DNA from: Octopus bimaculoides
Taxonomy: Eukaryota
Direction of reading: 5' to 3'
Assembly: GCF_001194135.2 (NCBI RefSeq)
Contig: NC_068982.1
Coordinates: 6,675,888-6,731,202 of the forward strand
Length of the DNA stretch: 55,315 bases
Shown here one piece after another: positions 35,450 to 47,706 of the stretch. Position 1 is the first letter of the stretch, and each line of letters begins with the position of its first letter. The notes under the pieces were generated by a model. That model was not told the origin of the DNA. It did no database searches and saw only the letters and a program-made list of their open reading frames with translations. Made by a program: the position numbers and the translations under genes.

Positions 35450-36720
35450 AAGTGGAACTGAAAAGCAGTAGTGCAAAAAAGCAAACATTAAGGGATTACA
35501 CTGGAGAAAAATCAGCCACGTTGCCAAAACATTTAAGTCTACCATGTAGAAAATGTAAGAATAAAACAATACATGACAATAAAAAGAAAATTAAATGAAG
35601 CACTTAAGAAGCTAATTTGCTAATTGTTTGGAATTTAATTTTTCATAAGTGAAATAAACGTCAGATTTGCTTTTCCATTTGGAGAAGCTGTTGCTTCTAT
35701 TCAAAAGTTTTGTAAGGTTTTCCAAATCCATTTCAATGCAAGAAATCCTTCTGTATATTCAGTAAGAATTTTATGAATTTAATGTGATGCTAAAGCTGCA
35801 TAGCTCTTGAATGTATAGATTGTAGATTAGACTTGATGGCAATTAAAAAAAAATCCATAAGGTTGTATAATGAGTTTCAGGAAATCAAATGTGAAACTGA
35901 TAATGAAAGCATTTTTCTGGCTGGCAAAGTTTGGCTTGGAAAGTCTAAGAAGCACCTGAGTTTGTACAAGATAAAAATGACAGGTGAAGTTGCTAGTGTT
36001 GATACAGAAGTTGCTTTGAGTTATCCTGAAGGAAAAGAATAGCTGAAATATCAAAGCAAGCATACAATATTGAGGAAACTGTACTTTTCTAGAAGTGCAT
36101 ACCTGCTACAACTTTTATTTCTTGAGAACAAAAAACAATTCACACCAGGATTTAAAGCATTTAAAATTTGTCTTTCACTTCTGAGAGGAAATGTTGCTGG
36201 AGATATGAAATATCCACTGATGTATCCTTGCAAACTCCAAGGGATTTCAAGAAATAGAGACAATTTAAGAGGGCATGGATGACTAAAACCGCTTCAAAGA
36301 GTGGTTTACAAACATTTTTGTCCTTCTATAGAAAGGTAGAATACCAGAAATGTTTCCAACAAAGCATTACTCATTTTAGACAATGCTCCAAGAGACTCAG
36401 TGAATATAAATGAGCTTTCTGATAATGCAAGAGTGGAATACATCTCCTAGAATACAGTTTCTTTGTTCTAATCAATAGATCAAGGTGTGACAGCTATCTT
36501 CAAGGTTTATTATCTGAGAACTTTCACACATCTGCAAGATAAACCTAGATTCTGGAACATATAGAAGTTCAACGTAATGGATGCTGCGGATAATACAACT
36601 GAGTTATGGGAGGAAGTAAAACTCTCAGCTTCAACCAAACTGTATCCAAGACATGACAAGTTTTCTACAAGCAGAAAATTAAAACAAATTTAAAAGATAC
36701 TGTGATACTTACAAATAATG
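35450..36720 (+). pseudogene. pogo/Tigger-family transposase relic
   Basis: IKKKSIRLYNEF...FLAGKVWL...IKMTGEVASVD, YNIEETVLF, PGFKA...RGNVAGDMKYPL, LLILDNAP and SIDQGVTAIFKVYYLR follow CENPB-HTH and DDE_1 patterns; many stops and frameshifts. Confidence 0.75.
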
Positions 36721-37119
36721 TTGGTTTGCAGAAGTCATAGAGGATGACATGGGTAAGCTGCTAGTGTCCTTCATAGTAAGTTTCTTTAATGAGGGGCTGA
36801 TGCTGTTGCAAAAACAACCTCCCATTAATTTGGTTGCAAAAAATATTGTTAGAGACTGGTACTTACAGGGGAAGTTTTGCAACTTCTTTCATGATAAAGC
36901 CCCTAATTATGATAGTAACATTGAAATTGCAAGAAGGGCCCAGTTCATAAACTGTAATCTATAAAAAGATAATGCGCTGAATAGAGAAACATGAGTTTTT
37001 CTCTTCTGAGATCAAAACTCACTAATTTCAATTTTGCCTTTCTTCTGTTTGGTGCTGAGAAATGAAGTGCAAATCTATAACAGATGATTGATGGAATCAT
37101 CAAAAGAAACAGACAGCAC

Positions 37120-38400
37120 TAGTGATGGTGGCACATAAAACACACTGATGATGATGCCATATAAAATGCACTGACGATGGGGGCCACATAAAATGAACTA
37201 GTAAAAGTGCCATGTAAAATGCACTGGTGATGTTGAACCATAAAATTCACTGCTAATGGTGCCACATTCAATGTCCTAGTACTGGTCACGCAAGAGATGG
37301 TGCCACGTAAAATGCACGGATGATGGTGCCATGTAAAAAACACTGGTCATGGTGCCACGTAAAATTAACTGGTGATGGAGCCATGGGGAATACACTGGTG
37401 ATAGCGCCATGTAAAATACACCGATGATGGAGCCATGTAAAATGTACTGATGATGGTGCCATGTAACATACATTGGTGATGGTACCACATAAAATGCACT
37501 GGTGATGGTGCCACGTAACTTACACTGGTGACAGTGCCATGTAAAATGTACTGGCGAAGGTGCTCTCTAATATACACTGGTGATGGTGCTACGTAAAATA
37601 CACTGGTGATGGTGCCATGTAAAATGAACTGAGGATGGTGCCATGTAAAATGCACTGGAGACAGTGCCATGTAAAATATACTGGCGATGGTGCCATGTGA
37701 AATGCACAGATGATGGTGTCACGTAAAATGCACTGGTGATGGTGCCATGTGAAATACACTAATGATGGAGTTCTGTAAAATCCATTGGTGATGGTGCCAC
37801 ATTAAATGCGCTGCTGATGGTGCCACGTAAAATACACTGGTGATGGTGCCACGTAAAATAAACTGGTGATGGTGCCATGTAAAATACACTGTTGATGGTG
37901 CCACGTAAAATGCACTGGTGATGGTGCCATATAAAATACACAGGTGATGGGGCCATGTAAAATACACTGGTAATAGTGCCATGTAAAATAGACTGGTGAT
38001 GGTGCGTTGTAAAATACACTGCTGATGGTGCCACGTAAGATGCACTGGTGATGGTGCCATATAAAATACACTGGTGAGGGTGCCATGTAAAATGCGCTAC
38101 TGAAGGTGTCATGTAAAAAATACTAGTGATGGTGCCACAACAAATACACTGCTGATGATTCTCTGTAAAATGCACTGGTAATGGTGCCATGTAGAATACA
38201 CTGGTGATGGTGCCATGTAAAATGCACTGGTGATGGTGCCATGCAAAATGCACTGGTGATGGTGCCACGTCAAATTCACTGGTGATGGTGTCATGTGAAA
38301 TACGCAGGTGATGGTGCCACGTAAAATGTACTGGTGGTGGTTCCACATAGGATGCCAAAGTTGTAGTGCCTTGTAAAATGTACTGATGCTAGTGCCACAT
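37120..38400 (+). repeat. 26-bp minisatellite, ~49 copies
   Basis: Consensus near gatggtgccatgtaaaatacactggt. The minus-strand ORFs repeat every 26 aa (three units). Confidence 0.95.
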
Positions 38401-38580
38401 AAAAAGCACCCTGTAGATTCTATAAAGTCGTTGGCATTAGGAAGGGCATCTAATTGTAGAATCCATGCTGAAACAGACAACTGGAGCCTGGTGCAGCTCC
38501 TGGTTTTGCACTCTCCTTTCAAATCATACATCCCATCCTGCCATGGAAAACGGACATTAATGATGATGAGGATGATTAGC
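38385..38580 (+). mobile_element. RTE tail continuing directly from the minisatellite
   Basis: gtgccacataaaaagcacc...gttggcattaggaagggcatc...catggaaaacggacattaatgatgatg. Confidence 0.8.
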
Positions 38581-39090
38581 AAAGAGGGTGGTTTGCTATG
38601 TGATATTTTTTCTTGCTCTCTGCATGCTGCTGGCAAAACCTGAAGATACACAGGTGCTTAGCTGCATTAGCTCTTTGCATAATCTCAGCAAAGGGACAAT
38701 GCATATATGGGAACCTGTAAATCTTCCTCAAAATTTTTGCACTGATCTGTATCTGGGCAAGAAACATACCTGATGCAGATTATCAAAACATTTGTAACAG
38801 ATAACAAAGGCTATTGATAATATCTGCATAAATCTTATAAATATTAAAAGGAAAACTATTTCTCTCTTTTAATGACTTCTTGTGTTAAGCTTTTATAACT
38901 TGAATGGGTTCTTCAAATGATCTCAAAGAAAAGAGCTATTCTTGTTTTTTGTTGTTTAGTTTCGTATGAACCCTGAATAAGTGGGGCTATGTTTAAATGC
39001 ATTCCTGCTGTGACTATCCATTTACATTAGGAATCTGTTGCACTACATTATCTAAATATATCCTTCCTTTTAAGAATGTAAATCATATGC

Positions 39091-39309
39091 TTAACCTTTT
39101 AGCATTCAGATTTCTATGTGAAATGCAGTGTTTATTCACATTTTTTAAAATTTATCATTATCACGTAGTTTCAAGATTTCAATGATGTAATTGTTTATTT
39201 TTAGAATGGCATTGTAAAGTAGGTGTGTGAGGTCAGATCTGGTCAGTTTAAACATAAACAGGTAGAATATGTGGGCCAGGTATGGTTGGTTTAAATTCTA
39301 AAGGTTTGA
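39091..39309. mobile_element. piggyBac-like MITE
   Basis: TTAA-ccttttagcattcaga and tttaaattctaaaggt-TTGA termini; a similar right end lies near 6240-6258. Confidence 0.65.
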
Positions 39310-39590
39310 GCCAGTGCTGCTGGACTGGCTCTTGTGCAGGTGGCACGTAAAATACACCATTTTGAGCGTGGCCGTTGCCAGTACCTCCTGACTAGCCTTC
39401 GTGCCGGTGGCACGTAAAAGCACCCACTACACTCTTGGAGTGGTTGGCGTTAGGAAGGGCATCCAGCTGTAGAAACTCTGCCAAATCAGATTGGAGCCTG
39501 GTGTAGCCATTTGGTTCACCAGTCCTCAGTGAAATCGTCCAATCCATGCTGGCATGGAAAGCGGACGTTAAACGATGATGATGATGAAAG
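39310..39590 (+). mobile_element. RTE-tail element with ~2 units
   Basis: Near-identical tail to 9900-10095. Confidence 0.85.
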
Positions 39591-40475
39591 GAGGGATTTG
39601 ACAAATATTTCTAGCAGTTTGAGCAACCACATAAAAGTCTACGAGAAAATAGTCGTTCTTGAGGTGAAACTATTTAAGCCAACATTCTATATCAAGAGAT
39701 AGCTAAGATTTATCAAAGAAGAAAATAATCTTATCATTGAAATTTCTTGTTTGATGTATACAGTCAAAGACTTGATTAATCGATTTAAAAATAATCAAAT
39801 GTGACTCATTCAATTTAAGGACTTTCAAAAATTCTTTTAAAAGATAAACTAACAACAAGATTGAAAAGAATATTGAATTTTTCATTGAAAACTTGCTGAA
39901 AGAAAAATCAAATAAAAGTTCTAAGTGGTACTGAGTACGTTTTTTGGAACAAATGATTATTGAAGAGTAAAATCACATAATATATCTCAAAAGATATGTT
40001 TGTTGGGGAATACCTTACACCTATCGATGGAAACTATTTATATTTATCCCTAGAGAGATAAAGAAAAGAAATCTATGTTTTAAAGTGTAAAACACTAAGA
40101 TTTGAAAAAACAAAACTAGTGATGCTCTATTTTGATAAAAATTCATCTAAAGAGTAAAAGCAGAGGAATAAATGTTATGCCAAGTGGAAACAGAAAAGTT
40201 TAATGTTTCTGACACTCGTTCTTCTTTGGAGAAAGAAAAACATATGGCATTTTCTCTCTCTTTGCAGAAATGGATAAGTGTTCAAAATATTAGAATTCTT
40301 GCTTGTAGCATAACATTTACTCCTCTCTCTTTTTATGCTTTCTTCAACTGTGTGTTTAAAACGTTCCTTTTTTCACAAGCATATGGTTTTGGTTTCAGTC
40401 TCACTGTATGGTATTTTGAGCATCTGTCATCTACTGTAATCCAAGGAAGACTAATGGCTCAAATATATCTATATA

Positions 40476-40768
40476 TGTAGTAACGCCTGCGCACGCGTAG
40501 TCTTATGCATGCGTAAAATTAAACAAGCAAGCGTCTCCCGCTCAGTTCATTCTCTTTCTCGCTGGCCAGCGATTGAGCATGGACGTTTGTTTAAAGCTGT
40601 CTCTACATCTTTCGGTCTTATACTCGACAGCTCGTTATTCTCACCTCTAAAGATGTATAACTAAAGATATGTATGTTTACCACCTAAATAAGTGTTGTTT
40701 AAGTTGTTTAGTCTGGAGTTCAGCGTTCCGTTGTATTCTTAATTTTATAGTAGAAAGTCAGGTATACA
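40476..40768. mobile_element. Probable solo LTR (293 bp)
   Basis: TGTA...TACA termini, ATATA on both sides, CpG-rich relative to its flanks. Confidence 0.6.
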
Positions 40769-40796
40769 ATATAAAGATGTATAACCCACTTTCTAC

Positions 40797-40861
<65 letters not shown>

Positions 40862-40879
40862 AAGCGCTATCCAAAAGTG

Positions 40880-41480
40880 ATCGATACCAGGACCGTCTGA
40901 CTGGCCTCTGTGCCGGTGGCACATAAAAAGCACCATTTAAACGTGGCTGATGCCAGTACTCCCTGACTGGTACCCATGCCGCTGGCACGTAAAAAGCACT
41001 ATTTGAATGCGATTGATGCTAGGACTGCCATCCAAACATGGCCAATGCCAGTATGCTTTGACTGGATCCCATGTCAGTGGCACGTAAAAAGCACCATCCA
41101 AACATGGCCGATGTCAGTACCCCCGACTGGCTCCTGTGCTAGTAGCACATAAAAAGCATCATCTGAATGTGGCCAATGCTAGTACCCACTGACTGGCTCC
41201 CGTGCTGGTGGCAAATAAAAAGCACCATCCAAACGTGATTGATGCCAGGTCCACCTGACTGGCTCCTGTGCCGGTGGGATGTAAAAAGCACTCACTACAC
41301 TCCTGGAGTGGTAGGCGTCAGGAAGGGCATTCAGCTATAGAAACATTGCCAGATCAGATTGGAGCCTGATGCATCCACTGGTTCTCCAGACCTCAGTCAA
41401 ACCGTCCAACCCATACTAGCATGGAAAACGAACGTTAAACGACGACGACGATGATGATGATGGCGACGACGACGATGATG
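40880..41480 (+). mobile_element. RTE-tail element with ~6 tandem ~66-bp units
   Basis: Unit ctgactggctcctgtgccggtggcacgtaaaaagcaccatccaaacgtggccgatgccagtac..., then conserved tail and (GAC/GAT)n. Confidence 0.85.
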
Positions 41481-41639
41481 ATGTATATGACATTGAGTAT
41501 ATGAAGTACTGAAGGATGACATCAGGACACTGAATCTTAGAGAGTAGATGACAAAGGACTGAGATATCTGGTACCTTGACATACTCAAGAAGACCCAACC
41601 TCCACAGTAGAAGTGTTCATTCTTTTCCCCATTTTGAGG

Positions 41640-41890
41640 GCTGGCTTGCACCCATGATGGCACCATGTGATAGTGTCCATGCTAGTTCCATGTAGTAGCA
41701 CCTGTGCCAGTGTCACATAGTAAGCACCCAGCATACGTTATAAATGGTTGGCGTCGGGAAGGGGGTCAAGCTGTAGAAGCAATGTCAAATCGGTCTGGAG
41801 CCTGGTGCAGCTCTACTGCTTGCCAGCCCTGATCAAACCATCCAACCCATGCCAGCATGGAAACTGGACATTGAAGGATGATGATGATGA
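41640..41890 (+). mobile_element. Diverged RTE-tail element
   Basis: ggttggcgtcgggaaggggg...tccaacccatgccagcatggaaactggacattgaaggatgatgatg. Confidence 0.7.
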
Positions 41891-42149
41891 TGTGGTGTAT
41901 GTATGTATAAAAGTGGCACTCTGTCGATTACAGCAACAAGTATTCCAGTTGATCAAATCAACAGATCAAACTGCTCATGATATTAACGTGCAAGTGGCTG
42001 ATCACTTGACAGGCACAATGTGTACCTTTGATGTATATATGTGTATATGCACATGTATGTAAGCATATGGATATGAAAATAAACAGATCAACATACAGAC
42101 AGATAGGTACATAGTTTATATGAACAGACAAGCACACATACGCAAATGG

Positions 42150-42550
42150 AGACTGAAACACATGACCATATATATACACACACACTTTACTTCACACAAA
42201 GACACATATGGAGACACACATCCACACATATGGAGATGCACATCCATACATACAAACACGGTACATAGTTGCAAAACACAAACACACACACACACTTAGA
42301 CATGCACACACAGGGAGACAGAAGTGCATACCTATACAAACACACGTACACACACACACATACATAAAAATACACAAACATGGACATGCAAGCACATGAA
42401 TATGCAAAATACATACATACAGATGCACACACATACATACATAGATATATACATATGCATACATACACATATATGTATACACACACATGTATACATACAT
42501 ACATACATACACGCATGCATGCATAGGCACACACACACACATGCGCACAA
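42150..42550. repeat. Compound (CA)/(CATA) microsatellite
   Basis: Low-complexity ACAC/ATAC tract. Confidence 0.9.
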
Positions 42551-43049
42551 AAAAACAAAAGGGAATGCAGTGTTAATAACAGACAGAGTCAAAACTATTG
42601 AAAAGGTTGCAACAAAAATCTTTGGAAAATGTAAATAAGAAATAAGTGGAAATTTTACAGGGGAATGTGTTAAATTATAAGGCACAAAAAGAAAATGACT
42701 CTCCCCAGACACAACAGAATAGATTTAAAGTATACTATGATAATAACGACATAATTTAAATTAAACTGCATAAATTATTTCACCAAACACTTACTTTAGC
42801 TGGAATATAACATTATGCTGTGTGATATTGTTTTGTCAATTATATTCTGTGTTACCACTGTGAATTAAATTGCTTAAAGCAACAGCTAGATAACTGTAAC
42901 TTATTCCAGTCTGACAAAGACCTGTTCTCCAAAGTGCAAACCATTCCAATAATCATTTAACCAAACTGTCCTCTTTGTCAATGCGTATGTCCTTTATTAT
43001 TCAAATAATAAACTTTATAATTTTAATAATGCAAAATGAAAATAAATGC

Positions 43050-44030
43050 AGGCACAAATGTGGCTGTGTGGTAAGAAGCTTGCTTTCCGACCACATGGTT
43101 CCAGGTTCAATATCATTGCGTGGCACCTTGAGCAAATGTTTTCTATTATAGTCTCCGGCTGACCAAGGCTTTGTGAGTGGATTTGGTAGATGGAAAGTGA
43201 AAGACGCCCAATGTGTGTGTGTGTGTATATGTTTGTGTATAATATATAATTTGCTTCCCAGCCATATGGTTTGAAGTTCAGTCCCATTGTGTGGTACCTA
43301 GGGCTAGTGTCTTTTACTATAGCCTCAAGCCAACCAAAGCCTTTTGAGTGGATTTGGTAGATGGAAACTGAAAGAAGCCTGTCGTGTGTGTATGTGAGTG
43401 CACGTGTGTGTGTGTGTGTTTGTGCTTGTCCTCCACTACCACTTGACAACTGGTGTTGGTTTGTTTACATCCCTGTAGCTTGCAGTTCAGCAAAAGAGAC
43501 TGCTGGAATAAGTACCAGGCTCAAAGAACTCCTGTGGTCAATTCCTTGAACTAAAATTCTTCGAGGCAATGCTCCAGCATGGTCACAACTTGATGACTGA
43601 AACAAGTATTTTGCTATCAGAATTCTTCTAAGTGTAGGTGTGGCTATGTAGTAAGAAACTTGCTTCCTAACCACATGGTTCTGGGTTCAGTCCCACTGCA
43701 TGGCAACCGGGGCAAGTGTCTTCTATTATAGCCTTGGGCTGACCAAAGCCTTGTGAGTGAATATGGTAGATGGAAACTGAAAGAGGTCCATCATGTGTGT
43801 GTGTGTGTGTGTGTGTATGTATATATATTTGTGCGTTTGTGTCTGTGTTTGTCCCCCCACAATCGCTTCACAACCGATGTTGATGTGTTTATGTCCCCAT
43901 AACCAAGCAGTTTGGCAAAAGAGACCGATAGAATAAGTCCTGGGGTCGATTTGTTCAACTAAAATCCCTTAAGGTGGTACTCCAGCATGGCCACAGTCAC
44001 ATGGCTGAAACAAGCAAAAGAATAATAGAA
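43050..44030 (+). mobile_element. Cluster of three tandem SINE-A copies
   Basis: Heads near 43062, 43250 and 43640, with tails near 43600 and 44010. Confidence 0.85.
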
Positions 44031-44374
44031 TAAGAGAGAATGGTTAAAGTTAGATTTCAGTCTAACACAAAGTGGAGCTTCATAAGTTTTTTTTCTTTAT
44101 TTCCTATCCAAATTCTTCATGGAATGGAATTGTTTACCAAATCTTGATTTATAGTCAGTTATTCTAAAATGAATATTTAACATATTATTTTCCAGCTTTC
44201 ATTGTTTTAACAGAAATATTACTCTCATGATGGTCGTCTGCTAGTTTATGTAATATGTATAAGGCATGGTCTTTTTTGTATATGCAAAACTACATTTGCA
44301 ATGTGTTGTTTCCAAATACTAGATACATAAGTGTGTGTGTGTGTGCATACATATATGCATATATGTAATATATA

Positions 44375-44598
44375 TTGGGTTGTCCGGAAAGTTTGTGCCG
44401 ATTTATAGTAGCCTACCTTTCGACTTATTTGCCATGAAACCACCTCAGTTCTGGGAAGAGGGTATTTTTAAGTTAAAGGAAAGATGGAGACGCATTGTGC
44501 ACCAAAATGGTTCATATTTGGTTGATTAAAAATGTAATGGTATTTATTGACCTTTTTCTTTCCTTTAAAAATCGGCACAAACTTTCCGGACAACCCAA
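44375..44598 (+). mobile_element. 224-bp mariner-derived MITE
   Basis: Perfect ~30-bp TIRs ttgggttgtccggaaagtttgtgccgattt flanked by TA; retains the transposase C-terminus FWEEGIFKLKERWRRIVHQNGSY. Confidence 0.9.
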
Positions 44599-44600
44599 TA

Positions 44601-44960
44601 GTTTGCTTCCTAACCATATGATTGCAAGTTCATTCCCACTGTGTGGCACCATGGGCAAGTGTTTTCTACTATGGCTTCAGGCTGACCAAAGCCTTGTGAG
44701 TGAATTTGGCTGGCAGAAATTGAAAATAAGCCCGTTGTGTATGTGTGTGTGTTTGTGTTTGTCCCCCACCACTGCTTAGCACCCAGTGTTGGTGTGATTA
44801 TGTCCCTGTAACTTAGTGGTTTGGCAACAGAGATTAATAGAATTAGTGTTGGGCTTTAAAAACAAAATATCTACTAGAGTCAAATTCATACGACTAAGAC
44901 TCTCCAAGTCAGTGCCCCAGTATGGCCCCAGTCAAATGACTGAAACAAGCCAAAGATAAA
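44601..44960 (+). mobile_element. SINE-A
   Basis: gtttgcttcctaacc...agtcaaatgactgaaacaag. Confidence 0.8.
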
Positions 44961-46150
44961 AGATATATATATATAAATGTATGTGCATTTTTTCAATGTG
45001 TATAAATAACACAGAAAAAAAAAATAAATAGTTAAAGATTTGAATAACACCTGCAGTTAACTCTATTCCTTAATTTATCTATTTATATATAGTTGAAAAT
45101 TATCGTTATAGGTATAAATATACCATAAACAATTATAGAAAAATGGGGGAGAAAAAGATGTTATCAAAATTAAATTTAAAACAAAATAAGATTCAATACA
45201 TACACATGTTTCAAAGAACAATACAAATATGTAAGAAAAAAATTTATAATCATAGTAATTATAATTAAATTCTCATTAGTGTGAAGAATTTTTGGAAGGA
45301 CATCAAAAAGGTTTAATTAAATAATGTAAATTAAAATAAGATACAATAAGGGAGAATACAAAAGGCGTAATAGGGAAAAATCAGATATTTACAAGCAAGT
45401 TGTAAAAGGGAAAAAATAACAGTAGTAATAATAATAGTGAGAGAGAAGAAAGAGAAAAAAAGACAGACATATTAATGTCTGTATGTGTAGTAAACTATAA
45501 CATAAAAATCAAAATCTAATGGACATGTTTAAAAATATAGTAACAGGTCGAGATGAAGTATAATGTAAACAGGGCCACGTATGTATAGTAGAATATAATG
45601 TAACAGGTGCACTAGTAGAAAAAAAAACCCATAGTGAGTTATACATATAGATATCAATATTGAAAAACGGAAAAAAAATATATATATATATATTACACGA
45701 GGCTAAAAGTGATAAGCAAGACTATGTTTGTAAAAAGTTACACTATTTAAGTAGAAATGTACATACAAGCACAGAAAAAACAAAAGAGAACTTAACAAGG
45801 AAAAAACATTGATCAAATTCATATGACTAAGACTCTTTGAGTCAGTGCCCCAGTATGGCCACTATATATACATTGTGAAGTACACTTGCCACCTAAATGT
45901 GGTGGATCCATAAGGGACGATGCTACTGTTGTTTATAGCCCCAGGAAGACATCTCCTCCTTCCTGGGGCCATAAACAACAGTAGCATTGTCCTCTATGGG
46001 TCTGCCATGTTTAGGTGGCAAATATATTTCACGATTCGATGCTACTACTGTTTACATCTCACTCAGAGATTTATTATTGCTATATATATATATTTATATA
46101 TTTATATATATATATTTATATACACACTTATGTATCTTGCATTACACCCA

Positions 46151-46198
<48 letters not shown>

Positions 46199-46270
46199 GT
46201 TAGTAAATGATAAATCCAAAAGAAAAGGTTCACTCTAGCTTATAGAGCAGCAGAGTATTTAAAGGAAGAG

Positions 46271-46572
46271 AGTTAAGGCTGGTTTATTGTGTTACTCATG
46301 GTTTTCTGTCCAGAAAGCGCTTAGCTTTCATACATCTTGTCAGACCCTGTTGGCCAGTGACCTATAACCTCTCTTTGAAATGGAAATAGAAAAGGCCTCA
46401 TCACTAGCTTTTTTGTTCTGTGTGTTCAAAACCCAGCTACAAGGCCTTTTCTCCCTCCCGTTTGAAGAGAGGTTATAAGTCACCGACCATTAGGGTCTAA
46501 CGAGATGTATGTAATGCTAAGTGTTTTATGAACGTGAAACACTGAGTAACCCTATGAACCAGCCATAGCTAT
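46271..46572. repeat. ~300-bp imperfect palindrome (foldback or MITE-like)
   Basis: Arm pairs ggctggtttat/atgaaccagcc, catacatctt/gagatgtatg, tataacctctct/agagaggttata and agaaaaggcct/aggccttttct. Confidence 0.85.
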
Positions 46573-46594
46573 CTTTTTCTCTCTCTCTCTCTTT

Positions 46595-46636
<42 letters not shown>

Positions 46637-46950
46637 TATTTGTACTAACACATTAATAGAAATATACTAAGAAACATTTTACTGTTAACAGTAATGATAA
46701 TGCTTGTTCATTAATGCTGTTAAAATAAGCAGCTTCGGAACACTTTCTAACATCAAGGCTTCGTCATTTACAGCAAATCAGAATAATTTTTTTATTCAAA
46801 TGCAAATCCTTTTGATTAGTTTGTCTGGGCCACATCTAGAAAGGGGACCTTTGTGATTTTTAGATATCATTCTATTTCAATATTTCTAAGTTATCTAAAT
46901 ATTTTTATCGTCATAATAGACATTCTTTTAAAATGTAACTACAACTCACT

Positions 46951-47103
46951 TTTATACCTTTACATTTTAAAATTAACGGGTGTATACCTCTACATTTTAA
47001 AATTAATGGGTCTATACTCTTGCATTTTAAAATTAATGGGTTTATACTTTTGAAATTTAAAATTAATGGGTTTATACCTTTACATTTTAAAATAAATGGG
47101 TTT
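46951..47103 (+). repeat. 30-bp tandem repeat, ~5 copies
   Basis: tttatacctttacattttaaaattaatggg. Confidence 0.9.
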
Positions 47104-47269
47104 TCAATGCTGCCTCTTGTAATCCCGCCTTGTAATACATTTGCTTATATAAATGAAATGATTGTGTTTTTCTCACTTCATGCTTGTTTTAGCATTCCAT
47201 ACTAACCACAGATTTACTTGGAATGTTTTAAACTTTATACTTGATATAAAATTCCATTTCTTTAAATAT

Positions 47270-47706
47270 GGCAAAGTCGATGAGTTCCTCTTGAGTGCTG
47301 GGCCTCTCAGAGGTGAAGTGTCTGCATTCCTTTTGAGGCAAAGTGGCTGAGTTCCTTTTGAGCACTGGGCCTCATGGAAGCAATGACCGAGACCTTTGGC
47401 ATTATGTCATGCTTGAGAAGAGGACCCATGAAGCCGAGCAAAATTGAAGTCATGACAGATATGGGTGTCATGCAAATTGGCACCCATGCCAGTGGCACGT
47501 AAACACACCCTGGTGTCATGCAAATGGCATGTAAAAGCACCCATTACACTCGGAGTGGTTGACTTTAAGAAGGGCATCCAACCATAGAAAACCATGCCAA
47601 ATAAGACTGGAGTCTGGTGCAGCCTTCCAGCATGCCAGCCCTGGTCAAATCATCCAACCCATGCCAGCATGGACAACAGACATTAAATGATGATGATGAT
47701 GATGAT
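47270..47706 (+). mobile_element. RTE-derived short element with tandem 41-bp head units
   Basis: Same architecture as 20942-21410. Confidence 0.75.

Noticed and set aside
37119-38358. His/Thr/Pro-rich repetitive ORFs up to 199 aa
   Set aside because: They are translations of the 26-bp minisatellite; frames are broken and there are no splice or start signals.
37120-38400. CRISPR-like periodicity
   Set aside because: The units are contiguous with no unique spacers, and the context is eukaryotic.
39600-40150. Coding-like, A-rich stretch that may be a DNA transposase relic
   Set aside because: Multiple stops and no diagnostic motif I can name.
42187-42712. Cys/Val/Tyr/His-rich ORFs here and at 4040, 22205 and 51731-52629
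   Set aside because: They are translations of dinucleotide and tetranucleotide microsatellites.
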